DNA of 64,000 nucleotides from an uncultured archaeon (GCA_938083505.1 CALKCF010000002.1:1-64000), one strand, 5' to 3'. Shown: positions 1 through 10,444, counted from the stretch's first letter. Program-made: numbers and translations. The notes: generated by a model from the letters alone, not told the origin.

Positions 1-47
1 GACAAAGATTATCGGGTAAAGACTCATGACTCAAAAAAGAAGGGAAG

Positions 48-650
48 TTATTCGATTTTTTCTAGAAAACTCTTTGTGCATCATTACCTCCGCTATCAGA
101 GGAAAGAGCTTTGTCTCAGCGTACCTCTGCTCCTCCCATGATAGCGCCGCTGTGTAATCCTTGATTATTATAACGTGATAGTTCAGCTCGTAAGCGATCC
201 TTCGCTGTAGACTCGACGCAAACGTTTGTCAAGAACCCGCATATCGCAACGTTCTTAATCCCATTATACCTAAGTAACGCGTCGAGATTGGTTCCATGGA
301 ACCCGTCCAAGCCTCTCTTTCCTTCGACGTAGAGGTCTATTATGGCTTCAACTCCTCTATAAACTCTGCATTTTTTGTTCCTTTCCTAAACGTTCCACCC
401 TTCTTAACGTTTGGCCTTTATACCGAATTCCTGTCCGAGGTCCTTATAATCCGGCTCAAAAGTTATCGGACAACCTATAACAAGAACCCCTTTCTCCCTT
501 CGTACCCTTAGCAAGCTCTACAGCGTTTTCGATTACCCTGTATTCCTTTAATATCTGCTCAACGCCGGGATAAAGCGGAAAACCAGGCTTGCAAAAATCG
601 TTCTGAAACTCTATCATAACTATCGCTGTTTCTTTAGCTTTAAGACCCAT
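48..650 (-). pseudogene. cysteine hydrolase / isochorismatase family, multiply frameshifted
   Basis: N-term AIVMIEFQNDF (456-650) and C-term GFLTNVCVESTA (116-310) motifs sit in separate ORFs; several frameshifts and stops lie between and after them. Confidence 0.8.
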
Positions 651-778
651 AAAACCTTCCCTTAGTTAAATTTATTGTATATTAAGATTTTTGTGCTTAT
701 TATTTCCCGACCTTTACTTCTAATGAATGTAAGTTGCGGAGAGTGTGCCTAAATCTCATTTAACTTCCTAAAGATCGA

Positions 779-1276
779 TTAGGCTATTTTATTCGCAAGA
801 AGGTGGAACTGCTTCGCCCACTGATCGAGCTGCGTATCATAACCTATTCTCTTGAAAAAGTCTTTTAACACCCTTCCAAGAGGTTCCTCGACCAACTCAT
901 GCAAGTTCTCCATTATGTATATCTTCGGTTTGAGCTCGTTAACTAAAAGGATGAATTCTAATACCAGCTTCTCTGAACGTCGGACAAGCCTCTCTAATGG
1001 GTCTTTTTTCCTCATCTTATTCATGCTCGTAAATGGTTCGCAGGGCGGGACCGCCTATAACGACATCCACCCCCCAACAACCCTTAAGATCGCCTTACTG
1101 CTAACCCTCTTCACATCCTCCGGGAAGACATTGATCCATGGAAAGTTTTGAACATACGTCCTGACAACGTGTAGATGATTCTCTATAGCCACTTTGACCG
1201 TATTACTGAATCCTAGAGTGAACCCTCCGCCACCGGCGAAGACATTGACAACCTTTACGTCCAAGCCAATAGTCAT
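779..1276 (-). pseudogene. DNA cytosine-5 methyltransferase, frameshifted and truncated
   Basis: Motif I FAGGGG; motif IV GGPPCEPF recoverable only across shifts near 1045-1075; motif VI IMEN; TRD and motifs IX-X absent. Confidence 0.8.
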
Positions 1277-1314
1277 TAATTCCAGTTTGGATTTAAATTA
1301 TAATGCGCTTTAAC

Positions 1315-2097
1315 TCATGGTTCCCTCCAGACAGACTTTCTTCTTGCCACAAACAGAAGCACGACAGTCCATAAGAAAAGAACAAAAAAGCTTATCAGCC
1401 TTTGATGTTCCGTGAGTGATATTATACCGACGGCCTCCTTCGCTAGTAGTGCAGCATGCGTAGTTGGAATGCACATGGATACCGTTCGGGCCCATTCTGG
1501 CAGTAGGTCAATGGGATAGTATACAGGCGGAAGCATGCTGAGCGCTATCGTTAGCAAGCTTTCCAACGCCCATATGTGCCTGATGTCGGAGATGTGTGTC
1601 GAGAGATAAAAGCCGATGGAGAGCGCCGAGAGCCAGCACATTAGCATGGATAGCACAAGCATAGGAATGCCCGAGGTGCTTATCATTCCCCTCAAAGTCA
1701 TAAGTATCAAGAATGGGGCTATAGCTGGAGAGCTGTATACAAGCTCGGAGATCGCCATACCAACCATGTAGACGGTTGGTGAGACAGGAGATGCTACAGC
1801 CATATCTTGGAACTTGAGTTCTACTTTGTACCAGACTATGTCTGCTTGGATTGCTATACCACTCACCACAACAAGTGATATCAATCCGCCAATCAAAGCG
1901 TCAGATACTGCATACTCCGCGAAGATGTAGATGAAGAAGACAAGTATTAGAGGATAAGCAAGCATAACGATGAGCCAAAGCGGACTTCTAATCACAGGTT
2001 TAACACCATTGAACATCACGATCGCGAGTATTGCCCTAGCGCTCTTCATAAACTCCATGAGCGAGTACCTCCTTGATGAACAAATCCTCAACACCAA
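1315..2097 (-). CDS. ABC-2 type exporter permease
   Basis: About 6 TM segments, PVYYPIDLLP/PTTH motif, follows the ABC ATPase; true start likely near 2058. Confidence 0.85.
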   Translation of the reverse strand: MVLRICSSRRYSLMEFMKSARAILAIVMFNGVKPVIRSPLWLIVMLAYPLILVFFIYIFAEYAVSDALIGGLISLVVVSGIAIQADIVWYKVELKFQDMAVASPVSPTVYMVGMAISELVYSSPAIAPFLILMTLRGMISTSGIPMLVLSMLMCWLSALSIGFYLSTHISDIRHIWALESLLTIALSMLPPVYYPIDLLPEWARTVSMCIPTTHAALLAKEAVGIISLTEHQRLISFFVLFLWTVVLLFVARRKSVWREP

Positions 2098-2953
2098 CTG
2101 GCGAGATAGATACCTTCAAACTCTTTGTTGCGCAATATTCGTAGAGTCTTTTAGAGTCCTCCTCATTTCTCGGATAAATTATCAATCTTCTACCTACCAT
2201 GATGACTTTGCCGAACTCCGATAACTCTTCTGGGTCTGAGGCAGTAGCCTGAACTTCTGCCCTCATCTTGTAAGGAAACATGCGTTGTACCTCATCTACA
2301 TGACCCCGTATTATGAGTTCACCGTCGTTAATTAGCGCGAACTCTTCTGCGACCGCCTCAACTTCGTACATGTTATGCGTCGTTAAGAAGATCGTTTGGC
2401 CTGACGTTGCAACACTGTTTATGACGTCCCAGACAACCCTTCTAGCTATAGGGTCGAGGCCTGTTGTCGGCTCATCGAGAAATACCACATCTGCCTCCGT
2501 AGCGATCGCCATAGCAACAAGCACTTTCCTCTTCAGACCGCCTGAGAGTTTCATACAAAGTGTGTTTGCATACTCCTTAAGGTCAAGCTCGTCTAAAACT
2601 TTACGCGTCCTCTCTGATGCCTCAGCCATTGAGAGGCCTCTCATCATCAAGTAGTACTTTACATGCTCCTTGACCGTGAGAAGATACATTGGTTTTGACT
2701 CTTGGGGCACTACGGCTATTCTCTTCCTTACCTCAGTAGCCTCCTTGACGACGTCGTATCCCAGAACCCTTACGCTTCCACTCGTCGGTAAAAGCTGAGT
2801 CGCCATTATCCTCAAGAGTGTTGTCTTACCTGCACCATTTCTGCCAAGCAGGCTGAATACCCTTCCAGAATTTACACTAAGCGTAATACTCTTCAGGGCA
2901 TGGAAAGAGTTCCCATAAATCTTTACTAAGCGTTCGGCAGATATTGCTTCCAA
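2036..2953 (-). CDS. ABC exporter ATP-binding protein (DrrA-like)
   Basis: Walker A GRNGAGKT, LSGG signature, FLDEPTTGLD, H-loop. Confidence 0.95.
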   Translation of the reverse strand: MEAISAERLVKIYGNSFHALKSITLSVNSGRVFSLLGRNGAGKTTLLRIMATQLLPTSGSVRVLGYDVVKEATEVRKRIAVVPQESKPMYLLTVKEHVKYYLMMRGLSMAEASERTRKVLDELDLKEYANTLCMKLSGGLKRKVLVAMAIATEADVVFLDEPTTGLDPIARRVVWDVINSVATSGQTIFLTTHNMYEVEAVAEEFALINDGELIIRGHVDEVQRMFPYKMRAEVQATASDPEELSEFGKVIMVGRRLIIYPRNEEDSKRLYEYCATKSLKVSISPVGVEDLFIKEVLAHGVYEER

Positions 2954-3075
2954 TGCAATCTAGCGTACGAAGACCGACTTATTATCTATTTAATAAAGGC
3001 GCAACGTTCCACAAGCGATATGTTTTTATATTTCTCTGACCCTCATATCTTAAAAACTCTGAAATCGACCAATCT

Positions 3076-3702
3076 TTAGCGTCTATTCTTAAATTTGGGC
3101 ATTATTATCGTTCCTTCTTCTTCGTCGCCCAAGCTTATGTACTCTCCCTTCAGATAGAGATAACCTACCAGTGCACACGTAACCGCATCCAACTCGTCAC
3201 CACTCATGCCACGCTTTAACCCTTTAACACCGAGCCTCCTAAGGCCCCGAAGCAAACCTTCAAGGCTAGCATGCTTCCTCGGTATCCGTAAAACATCCTG
3301 AGCGCCTCCAGGATATACCTCGATTACTTTAAAACCAAGCTGTTTAATGATCCGCTTAAGCCCAATCCCCCTTTCCGTTAACTTCCTCATCGGCCCTAGC
3401 GTAACCGGGAAGAACTTGATTCCCATCTTCATAAGCTCACGGTCACACTCCCTAAGATGATACGGTTCCCTTGTTTCGAGCGACGTCCTTCCGCGCGGTA
3501 GGCTGAGCGGTGCGTCTATGGCAACTACACTTGGTGTTACGTTCTTGACGAGTTTGATTATTTCGTGGTCCTTATAAACGATGCTCGTTTTGGCGACTAG
3601 GTTTTCATTAATAACGCAAAAACCTGTTGGTCTATTTTCTGAACCAGCCAAATCTATACCAACAACTTTCACATTCACGGAAATTATCAGACAAGTACTC
3701 AT
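3076..3702 (-). CDS. DUF429 family RNase H-fold protein
   Basis: VGIDLAG, VAIDAPLS, IEVYP and DELDAV motifs; true start probably the GTG at about 3678. Confidence 0.8.
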   Translation of the reverse strand: MSTCLIISVNVKVVGIDLAGSENRPTGFCVINENLVAKTSIVYKDHEIIKLVKNVTPSVVAIDAPLSLPRGRTSLETREPYHLRECDRELMKMGIKFFPVTLGPMRKLTERGIGLKRIIKQLGFKVIEVYPGGAQDVLRIPRKHASLEGLLRGLRRLGVKGLKRGMSGDELDAVTCALVGYLYLKGEYISLGDEEEGTIIMPKFKNRR

Positions 3703-3724
3703 GATAAGCTTTTCATGCTAGATG

Positions 3725-3813
3725 CGGGCCCGGCGGGACTTGAACCCGCGACCTCCGGCTCCGAAGGCCTACGTGCTTTACTCGACGCCCTGTCCATTCT
3801 AGGCTACGGGCCC
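3725..3813 (-). tRNA. tRNA-Arg(TCG) with 14-nt intron at 29/30
   Basis: Acceptor GGGCCCG/CGGGCCC, T-arm GCGGG-TTCAAGT-CCCGC, loop CTTCGGA; removing 3769-3782 gives a 75-nt cloverleaf. Confidence 0.93.
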
Positions 3814-3913
3814 ATTTAAACAACTAAGGTTCCTTCTTTAAAGTTTTTTAAGACATTCAGGACAACCTGTCGATAATACTTGATGCTCACATAAATTTTA
3901 CCATAACATATCA

Positions 3914-3936
3914 TGTATGAAAAGATTTATCATACA
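3914..3936. promoter_or_regulatory. inverted repeat overlapping BRE/TATA of the HTH-PRT gene
   Basis: TGTATGA-N9-TCATACA with perfect arms. Confidence 0.5.
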
Positions 3937-3962
3937 GTTAATGAGTTATTTTAAAACGAAAG

Positions 3963-4691
3963 ATGGTTAGAACGTTTGTAAAAAGCTCATCTTCTATACA
4001 TGGCATGGAAACTGTGGCTCTTGATTTGCTCAAGCTACTTAAACAAAAGTATGACTACAAAACGTTGTCCAAAATGACTGGGTTACCGATTTCTACACTT
4101 AACCGTTACATAAAAGATAAAACAATACCACGGTCTCAGAATGTAAAGAAACTCATTGAAAAAGTTACGTCGCTAATAAACATGGATGAGCTTATCAAAG
4201 AGAAGGTATTGATAAATGAGGATGATGTGAACATTTACGAGCTCGCATCTAACCCAAGTTTGCTCAAGCTTATCAATTTCTTTATAGTGAACGAATTCTC
4301 CGGTAGCAAGCTAACAGCCATAATGCCGCTGGATGCACATAGCGTTCCGTTATCAGCCATCTCAGCTATAACCATCGATAGGAAAATATTGCTGTTAAGT
4401 GAAAGGCCGCTTTGGGATGACGATGAGTCTATAATGTTAACGTACAAAATTCCGGGTTTCATTGAAAAGTTTAGGCTTTGGTTGCCAAAAAATGTGGTGT
4501 CGAGCAAAGACAGCGTGCTAATGATATCTTCCTTCATAAATTCGGACTCTTTGATCAATTCTGCGGTTAATTTGCTTCAGAAAAGGGGTGCATCGATAAC
4601 TGGCTTATTCAGCATCATGGCAAAGGAACAACTCTGGAAGAAAATCACACTACCACCGGGCAGTAGAAAAAAGTGTTTACTTTTTATTTAA
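3963..4691 (+). CDS. HTH plus degenerate phosphoribosyltransferase-domain regulator (PurR-like architecture)
   Basis: N-term HTH YKTLSKMTGLPISTLNRY; PRT-like C-term whose PRPP loop reads VLMISSFINS instead of hhhDDhhxTG. Confidence 0.7.
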   Translation: MVRTFVKSSSSIHGMETVALDLLKLLKQKYDYKTLSKMTGLPISTLNRYIKDKTIPRSQNVKKLIEKVTSLINMDELIKEKVLINEDDVNIYELASNPSLLKLINFFIVNEFSGSKLTAIMPLDAHSVPLSAISAITIDRKILLLSERPLWDDDESIMLTYKIPGFIEKFRLWLPKNVVSSKDSVLMISSFINSDSLINSAVNLLQKRGASITGLFSIMAKEQLWKKITLPPGSRKKCLLFI

Positions 4692-5011
4692 CCGTATTCT
4701 CTCCATGTATACTTGCAACGCGTGCACCTGAAGAACGTTGTCATCGGCTCATCGGCAGACCTTGTTTGCACGGTCCACCAGTAAGCTTTATTGTTTCCGC
4801 ATTCTGGACATGTCGCGTCTATTGTGGGCAATACCTCCTCATCGGATACCTCCTTTTCAACCGTTAAAGCTTTAGATTTTTTCTTTGAGGATACCTGACT
4901 CACGACCTTCTCCATGCTCTTTTCGAAGCCGCATTTTTTGCATACTAGTACAACAGTGTCTGATTTCTTCACGAGGGACAAAACCTTTCCGCAATTCGGA
5001 CAGAATTCCAC
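4688..5011 (-). CDS. tfs: transcription factor S
   Basis: Two Zn ribbons and QTRSADEP acidic hairpin. Confidence 0.95.
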   Translation of the reverse strand: MEFCPNCGKVLSLVKKSDTVVLVCKKCGFEKSMEKVVSQVSSKKKSKALTVEKEVSDEEVLPTIDATCPECGNNKAYWWTVQTRSADEPMTTFFRCTRCKYTWREYG

Positions 5012-5087
5012 TATTAATCACCTTTGTGAACGCGTCGCCAAATACAATTCTGTACGCGATGCTATTTTATTAATCTTCTGAAAGCTT

Positions 5088-5381
5088 TTAAAGTCCTTCC
5101 ACATACAACTTTAATCTCTCCGTCATATTCACAAGCTCTTCCAGAGCTTTCAATAACGCTTCTCTTGCCTTGATTTCTTGAGGTTTTGTCTTAAGTATGA
5201 ACTTTATTTCGCCCGTTAATGGATGAAGTAAGGCATGACCGGCGTATTCCACGCCCTGCATTCTTTGAAGAACTTCGCTCAATGCATCTAACACGGACTG
5301 GTCCTCGTCCATGATTATAAGTTCGATGTAATCATCCCTTTCTTTAATTAAGTTCAATTTCATGTCATCAACCCCAACCAA
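5088..5381 (-). CDS. rpoL: RNA polymerase subunit L (Rpo11)
   Basis: VEYAGH..HPL motif; csl4-rpoL-tfs synteny. Confidence 0.85.
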   Translation of the reverse strand: MVGVDDMKLNLIKERDDYIELIIMDEDQSVLDALSEVLQRMQGVEYAGHALLHPLTGEIKFILKTKPQEIKAREALLKALEELVNMTERLKLYVEGL

Positions 5382-5953
5382 CTATATAACCTCTTTTCAT
5401 TTCCATGGTGAGCGCACATCTTTCTTGTATCAAATTTCCTGCATTTTGGGCAGTACACGTTATACTTATCTTTTTTGACGTTTGTCATCGTTGATCCACA
5501 ATTATCGCATATCGCTTGAATAACGCCCAAACCTGGCTCCCATATGGAAACGTTGAGGAGTCCTGAAATTATGCTAGTTACTTTGGCGAGTATCACATCG
5601 CCCACACTCACATAATGTCCTAAGGATTCTTTGCTTCCAGGTTTAGCCAGAAGGGCTGCGACACGTTGGTGCTTCAGAAGCCTACCGTTCTTGCCCAAGA
5701 TCCTGATCATGGCAGATTTGCTTTGGAGCTCCCTAACCTCACCTAATACAATATCACCAACCGTTATGTTATCCAGTTCCTTTATGACCTCCACATGAAC
5801 TTCGCGTTTATTCCTATCGAATTTGACCCTGCCGACCACTGTTGCAAATACTACACCGTCTGCCGAAACTCTCGTTCCCTTACCAGATAAAAATTCTTCT
5901 AATACACATAACCTCTCACCAGGTAACACTATCTGCGGCTTTTCCTCAACCAT
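5360..5953 (-). CDS. csl4: exosome RNA-binding protein Csl4
   Basis: VLPGERL..EEF N-term, S1 domain, LGVIQAIC..C/CPKC Zn ribbon. Confidence 0.9.
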   Translation of the reverse strand: MVEEKPQIVLPGERLCVLEEFLSGKGTRVSADGVVFATVVGRVKFDRNKREVHVEVIKELDNITVGDIVLGEVRELQSKSAMIRILGKNGRLLKHQRVAALLAKPGSKESLGHYVSVGDVILAKVTSIISGLLNVSIWEPGLGVIQAICDNCGSTMTNVKKDKYNVYCPKCRKFDTRKMCAHHGNEKRLYSWLGLMT

Positions 5954-7019
5954 TCCGCATACACCACCTAAAATAATCGTCAGTAGAGATGAGTTCTTCC
6001 CATGACCTTAAGTTTAAGGCAACCATGAGCTCGCTAGGCGACAATATTGGTTTCTTGAACTTGGCATGGTCATCTATGCTGATGCGTGGACATGCTGTAT
6101 TCACGTAAGCATCAAAGACTTCATCCTGCAAGAACCTTTCATCTACCTCATTCAAGACAAGCACATACGCATCCTTACCAGCTTTCCTCAACATAGAGAC
6201 TATGGACATTGCCAGACTCTCCCTTTTCTGTCCAGGTTTTGTGCAAAGTATGACACCGACTCTTCTTGAGTCCCTGAACGCGCATATCTGTGCGTACCTT
6301 TGCATGAGTGTCCTTCTCTTGATTTGGGCCACGTCCTCAACATGCATAGTCTCCGGGTCTGCGACTACGACACACTTATCGGTTATCATGGAGAGGCCTA
6401 ATCCGTGAAAAAAGCTTCCTATTATGAGAAACTTCTCAACTTGACCTTCAATGCTCTTTACAGTTGTGTAGTCGCACCCTATCACCTGTGAGGGATAAAG
6501 CCGTCCATTCTTATGCTGTCCGTAAAGAACCGAGAAGCCGTGGTTTTCAAGGGCCTGCTTGATGTGTTCTAGCAAGTTTAACCATTGAAGCGTCATGCCC
6601 AAACCGATTCTCTTCGCAGGTCTCAAGAGGTGAGTGGATTTCTCCATTAACTGTTCAACATCTATTTTATGTTGGTACTTGCATTCTAGATATATCGTTG
6701 GTATGGCTGATTGCTTCACGAACTCCGTATGACCAAGGTGCAGTATGGCATCCGCCGATACCTCCCTAGCCTCGTTTAATGCCAGGTCACAACCACCCCA
6801 GCATGGACCTCCAGATAGCATGACGTCAAAGCCGCGGTGTATTAACTCCTCGGACAGCTGGAGGGCAATACCTTTAAGGCCCTGGGGTGCCTGTACTAGA
6901 ACCCTCCTCGCCCCAACCCTCTCTAGCTCAGCAAATAAATACTCCAAGCTAACCATACTTTTGGCAGACGCTACCCTCGTAGATTCGACGCGACCACGTT
7001 GGTCTATCAAGAAATTCAT
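5946..7019 (-). CDS. dph2: diphthamide biosynthesis enzyme Dph2
   Basis: CWGGCD, QVIGCD and TACPRI Fe-S cysteines; KPGQ. Confidence 0.93.
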   Translation of the reverse strand: MNFLIDQRGRVESTRVASAKSMVSLEYLFAELERVGARRVLVQAPQGLKGIALQLSEELIHRGFDVMLSGGPCWGGCDLALNEAREVSADAILHLGHTEFVKQSAIPTIYLECKYQHKIDVEQLMEKSTHLLRPAKRIGLGMTLQWLNLLEHIKQALENHGFSVLYGQHKNGRLYPSQVIGCDYTTVKSIEGQVEKFLIIGSFFHGLGLSMITDKCVVVADPETMHVEDVAQIKRRTLMQRYAQICAFRDSRRVGVILCTKPGQKRESLAMSIVSMLRKAGKDAYVLVLNEVDERFLQDEVFDAYVNTACPRISIDDHAKFKKPILSPSELMVALNLRSWEELISTDDYFRWCMRNG

Positions 7020-7204
7020 TATTTCCGCACCACGTTTTGTATCACTAAAATTATGTTACTCCGTTATAAGTATCGACGTCTTCCTGTAAGCTATCTTAGC
7101 CCCTAATTTAAACTATTCGTGGCAAAACCAGTGCATAAGTATATAACTTCACGCGTCAAAAAAGAGAAAGATTTTAGTCGAGTTTGGACCTTTAAACCTA
7201 AAGG

Positions 7205-7717
7205 ATGCAAGTAAGGTTGCTCAACAAGAAAGAGAAGCAAGAAGTCATTGCATATATCAGTTCCGAATTTCCTAACATAAAGCTCGAGCTAAGTCCAAAA
7301 ACCGTTGTTAGGAAAGTAAAGAACGAGAAAACCACCCTCTATATTTTGGAGGGGCTGGCAGCCTTCGTGAAGTTTAATGAAATGTTCCTGCCTATTCTGG
7401 TCGAGTCGCTCAATAAGAACGTACTCGATCGTATGCCGAGCGTTGTTGTTGACATGGGAGCCATACCATACATCGCTAATGGCGCGGACGTTATGAGGCC
7501 CGGTATAGTCACGCTTGAAGGTAAGTTTGAAAAAGATGATCTAGTCATCGTTAGGGATGAAAAACACAGAAAGCCGATAGCCGTCGGCAAGGCTTTAGAG
7601 AGCTCAGAAAACATAATGAAAGCAGAAAAAGGAAAGGTCGTGACGAACTTACATTATGTCGGCGATAAAATATGGAAGTTTTGTGTGGAAGCACTGTCGC
7701 GCTACCAGAACATATAA
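7205..7717 (+). CDS. PUA-domain RNA-binding protein (MCT-1/Tma20-like)
   Basis: VVDMGAIPYIANGADVMRPGI and KGKVV..LHYVGD. Confidence 0.9.
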   Translation: MQVRLLNKKEKQEVIAYISSEFPNIKLELSPKTVVRKVKNEKTTLYILEGLAAFVKFNEMFLPILVESLNKNVLDRMPSVVVDMGAIPYIANGADVMRPGIVTLEGKFEKDDLVIVRDEKHRKPIAVGKALESSENIMKAEKGKVVTNLHYVGDKIWKFCVEALSRYQNI

Positions 7718-7751
7718 AAAGCGTTATTCAATCTTAAAGCGCAGAGCACGC

Positions 7752-9791
7752 TCAGAGCATGAGCAAACCTATGAAGATCGGGACGAAGACTATCGAGACC
7801 GTGTTGAGTAACTTTATCACGGTGTTCAGCGCAGGACCGGCAGTATCCTTGTATGGGTCGCCGACTAGGTCTCCAGCGACCGCTACGGCATGCTGGGACG
7901 TCTTCTTCAGACCTAGCACTTCTAAATACTTCTTGGCGTTATCCCAAGCCGCGCCTGAATTGGCCATTTGGTATGCAAGGTAAAGTCCGGACGCTACTGA
8001 GCCTGTTAGAAGACCCGTTACAGCCACGGGACCCAAAACGAGTCCGATTATTATTGGTGTTATTATAACTATGAGCGCCGGTGTGAACAGTTGTCTGAGC
8101 GATTCCCTTGTCGCTATGTCTATGCACTTCGCGTAGTCCGGTTTTGTCTTACCTTCAAGTATACCCTTAATCTCCCTGAATTGTCTTCTGACTTCTTCGA
8201 CGATCGATGAGGCAACCACACTGACGCTCCTCAGAAGGTAGCTCGAGACGTAGAACGGCAACAAGGCACCTATGAGGAGGCCGATTATCAGAGCAGGGTT
8301 TGTTAATGTATAGACGAATTCTTTTCCATACAACAAGTTACCAGGTGTGGAGGCAAGGGTCCAGACTTCGTGCTGGAATGCTTGAATGAGGGCTATGGCC
8401 GCAAGAGCGGCACTGGCAATGGCGAAACCTTTCGTGGTTGCCTTCGTGGTGTTACCGACAGCATCCAGCTGGTCAGTTATCTTCCTATTATCCTCACCAA
8501 GCCCACTCATCTCAACTATACCACCAGCGTTGTCGCTGATTGGCCCAAAACTATCTATGCTCAACACTATGCCGCTCAGCGATAGCATAGTAGCAGTCGT
8601 TATGGCGGTCGAATAGATGCCCATTAGGGGCTTACTGGTTATCGCAGATACCAAGAAGTAGGATATTGCCATGAACACGACTATGACCATTGCCATCGGA
8701 AACGTGGACCTCAGACCAGTAGCTATGCCCGTGAGTATGTTTGCTGAATGGCCCACCTTAGTCGATTCGGCAACTTCCTGGACCGGTTTGTAGTTGTAGC
8801 TGGTGTAGTAGTCAGTTATCTTCTGTATTATGGGAACTATGATCGCGCCCAGCAACGTGGATACAAAGAAAGCGTATGCTACCTCATTCCAACCAAAGGT
8901 GAATGTGGAAATGAAGAAGTTTAGAATAACGGTTATCAAGGCAGCGACCGCGAAGGACAACGTCAATGGTCTCATGGGAGAAGTAACGTTCCTCGACGTG
9001 ACGGTTAAGGTACCTATTAGCGAGGCCAATAGGCCTGCCGCTCCTATCATGAGCGGGAACGCAACAAGCTCTACACTACCTATGAGTGAGCCTAAAAGCA
9101 TCGCCGCTAACATAGTTACGATATACGATTCGTAGATGTCGCTCCCCATACCGGCTGCATCACCTATGTTGTCACCAACATTATCTGCTATCACGGCCGG
9201 GTTTCTTGGGTCGTCTTCAGGTATTCCCGCCTCAACCTTTCCGACCAGGTCAGCACCCAAGTCTGCTGCTTTTGTGTAGATCCCACCACCAATTCTTATG
9301 AACAGTGCTATCAAGCTTGCACCGACACCGACGCCCGCTATCGCTATCGGGTTCGGATAGAGGGCGTAAAGTAATGTAACGGCTATGAGGGCGGCTGCTG
9401 TTATCGTCAAGCCAGCCACAGCACCTCCTCTATAAGCCACGGAAAGTGTATGGCCGAGACCTTTTTCGGTCGCGTGTGCTGCCCTTGGTGCTGCGCTAAT
9501 GGTAGTCAGTATCGCGATTATTCCCGCTGCTGCCGAGAGTGCTGCCCCGATTGCGAACGCCATGGCATTGGTGTATCCGGACGCGAGACCTATAACTATT
9601 GCCAAGATTATTGCGATTGGCAGAATTGTTACGTATTCCCTTTTAATGAATGCGAGGGCTCCGGTTTTAACCGCGCTCGATATATTGCGCATCGTCTCGT
9701 TTCCCGGACTCTGTTTAAGCATCCATACAGTAAAGGCCATAGCTGCACAGAGCGCCACTATTGAGGCCGATACCGGTAAGAGCCAGAACAT
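7752..9791 (-). CDS. hppA: membrane H+-translocating pyrophosphatase, K+-independent type
   Basis: GGGIYTKAADLGADLVGKVE, DNVGDNIGD, GNTTKA, GDPYKDT. Confidence 0.95.
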   Translation of the reverse strand: MFWLLPVSASIVALCAAMAFTVWMLKQSPGNETMRNISSAVKTGALAFIKREYVTILPIAIILAIVIGLASGYTNAMAFAIGAALSAAAGIIAILTTISAAPRAAHATEKGLGHTLSVAYRGGAVAGLTITAAALIAVTLLYALYPNPIAIAGVGVGASLIALFIRIGGGIYTKAADLGADLVGKVEAGIPEDDPRNPAVIADNVGDNIGDAAGMGSDIYESYIVTMLAAMLLGSLIGSVELVAFPLMIGAAGLLASLIGTLTVTSRNVTSPMRPLTLSFAVAALITVILNFFISTFTFGWNEVAYAFFVSTLLGAIIVPIIQKITDYYTSYNYKPVQEVAESTKVGHSANILTGIATGLRSTFPMAMVIVVFMAISYFLVSAITSKPLMGIYSTAITTATMLSLSGIVLSIDSFGPISDNAGGIVEMSGLGEDNRKITDQLDAVGNTTKATTKGFAIASAALAAIALIQAFQHEVWTLASTPGNLLYGKEFVYTLTNPALIIGLLIGALLPFYVSSYLLRSVSVVASSIVEEVRRQFREIKGILEGKTKPDYAKCIDIATRESLRQLFTPALIVIITPIIIGLVLGPVAVTGLLTGSVASGLYLAYQMANSGAAWDNAKKYLEVLGLKKTSQHAVAVAGDLVGDPYKDTAGPALNTVIKLLNTVSIVFVPIFIGLLML

Positions 9792-9868
9792 ATTACCACC
9801 ACCGATGGACCTAGTCTTTTTAGAAAGCAGGCTCCTCTTAAATCCTTAACTACGCTAAATATCCGGCA

Positions 9869-10444
9869 TTGGAGGGGATTAGTGTGAGAAAGCGCGCCTC
9901 AGAAGCCGTAAAACCGTTGCATGCGCATGAATTCATGCTCGTATCGTCGGACGGTGTGTTCAATCAGATACTCAACTTTGACTATCACGATCCCTTCGGT
10001 TTTTACCGCTCTCTGCTTAAAGATGAGGAGCAATACTATATGGAAATGAGCAGGCTTATCTGGAATATGCAGTCCCTTCTTGATGAAGAGGAAGTAAAGG
10101 TAAACGGTAAGAAGTGCAGACCCGAAGTTCTGACGGTCACGCTAGATTTTAGGGGTTCTGAAAACCTGCCGTGCATAACGTTTTTTGTTCAATTCAAAGC
10201 GGACCTCAAGGTGGGCATGAATGTCTACGAGTGTTTTTATAATGAAGAAGTTGCAGAATATGATTACGAAGCTTACTGGGTTTTCCCACCTGGTTTCAAA
10301 GTGGTCGATGTGGATGTGAAGACTGAGAAGGACTTGGTTACGGAGAACGTGCTGGTACTTTGGGCAAGGGTTGGGGATAGTGTTGGATGTTATGAAAAGG
10401 TTGCTTTTAACATTCCAGCAACTTCATTAGACGCTTACTGTTAG
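9869..10444 (+). CDS. hypothetical protein
   Basis: 191-aa ORF filling the intergenic space; no motif assigned. Confidence 0.65.
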   Translation: MEGISVRKRASEAVKPLHAHEFMLVSSDGVFNQILNFDYHDPFGFYRSLLKDEEQYYMEMSRLIWNMQSLLDEEEVKVNGKKCRPEVLTVTLDFRGSENLPCITFFVQFKADLKVGMNVYECFYNEEVAEYDYEAYWVFPPGFKVVDVDVKTEKDLVTENVLVLWARVGDSVGCYEKVAFNIPATSLDAYC

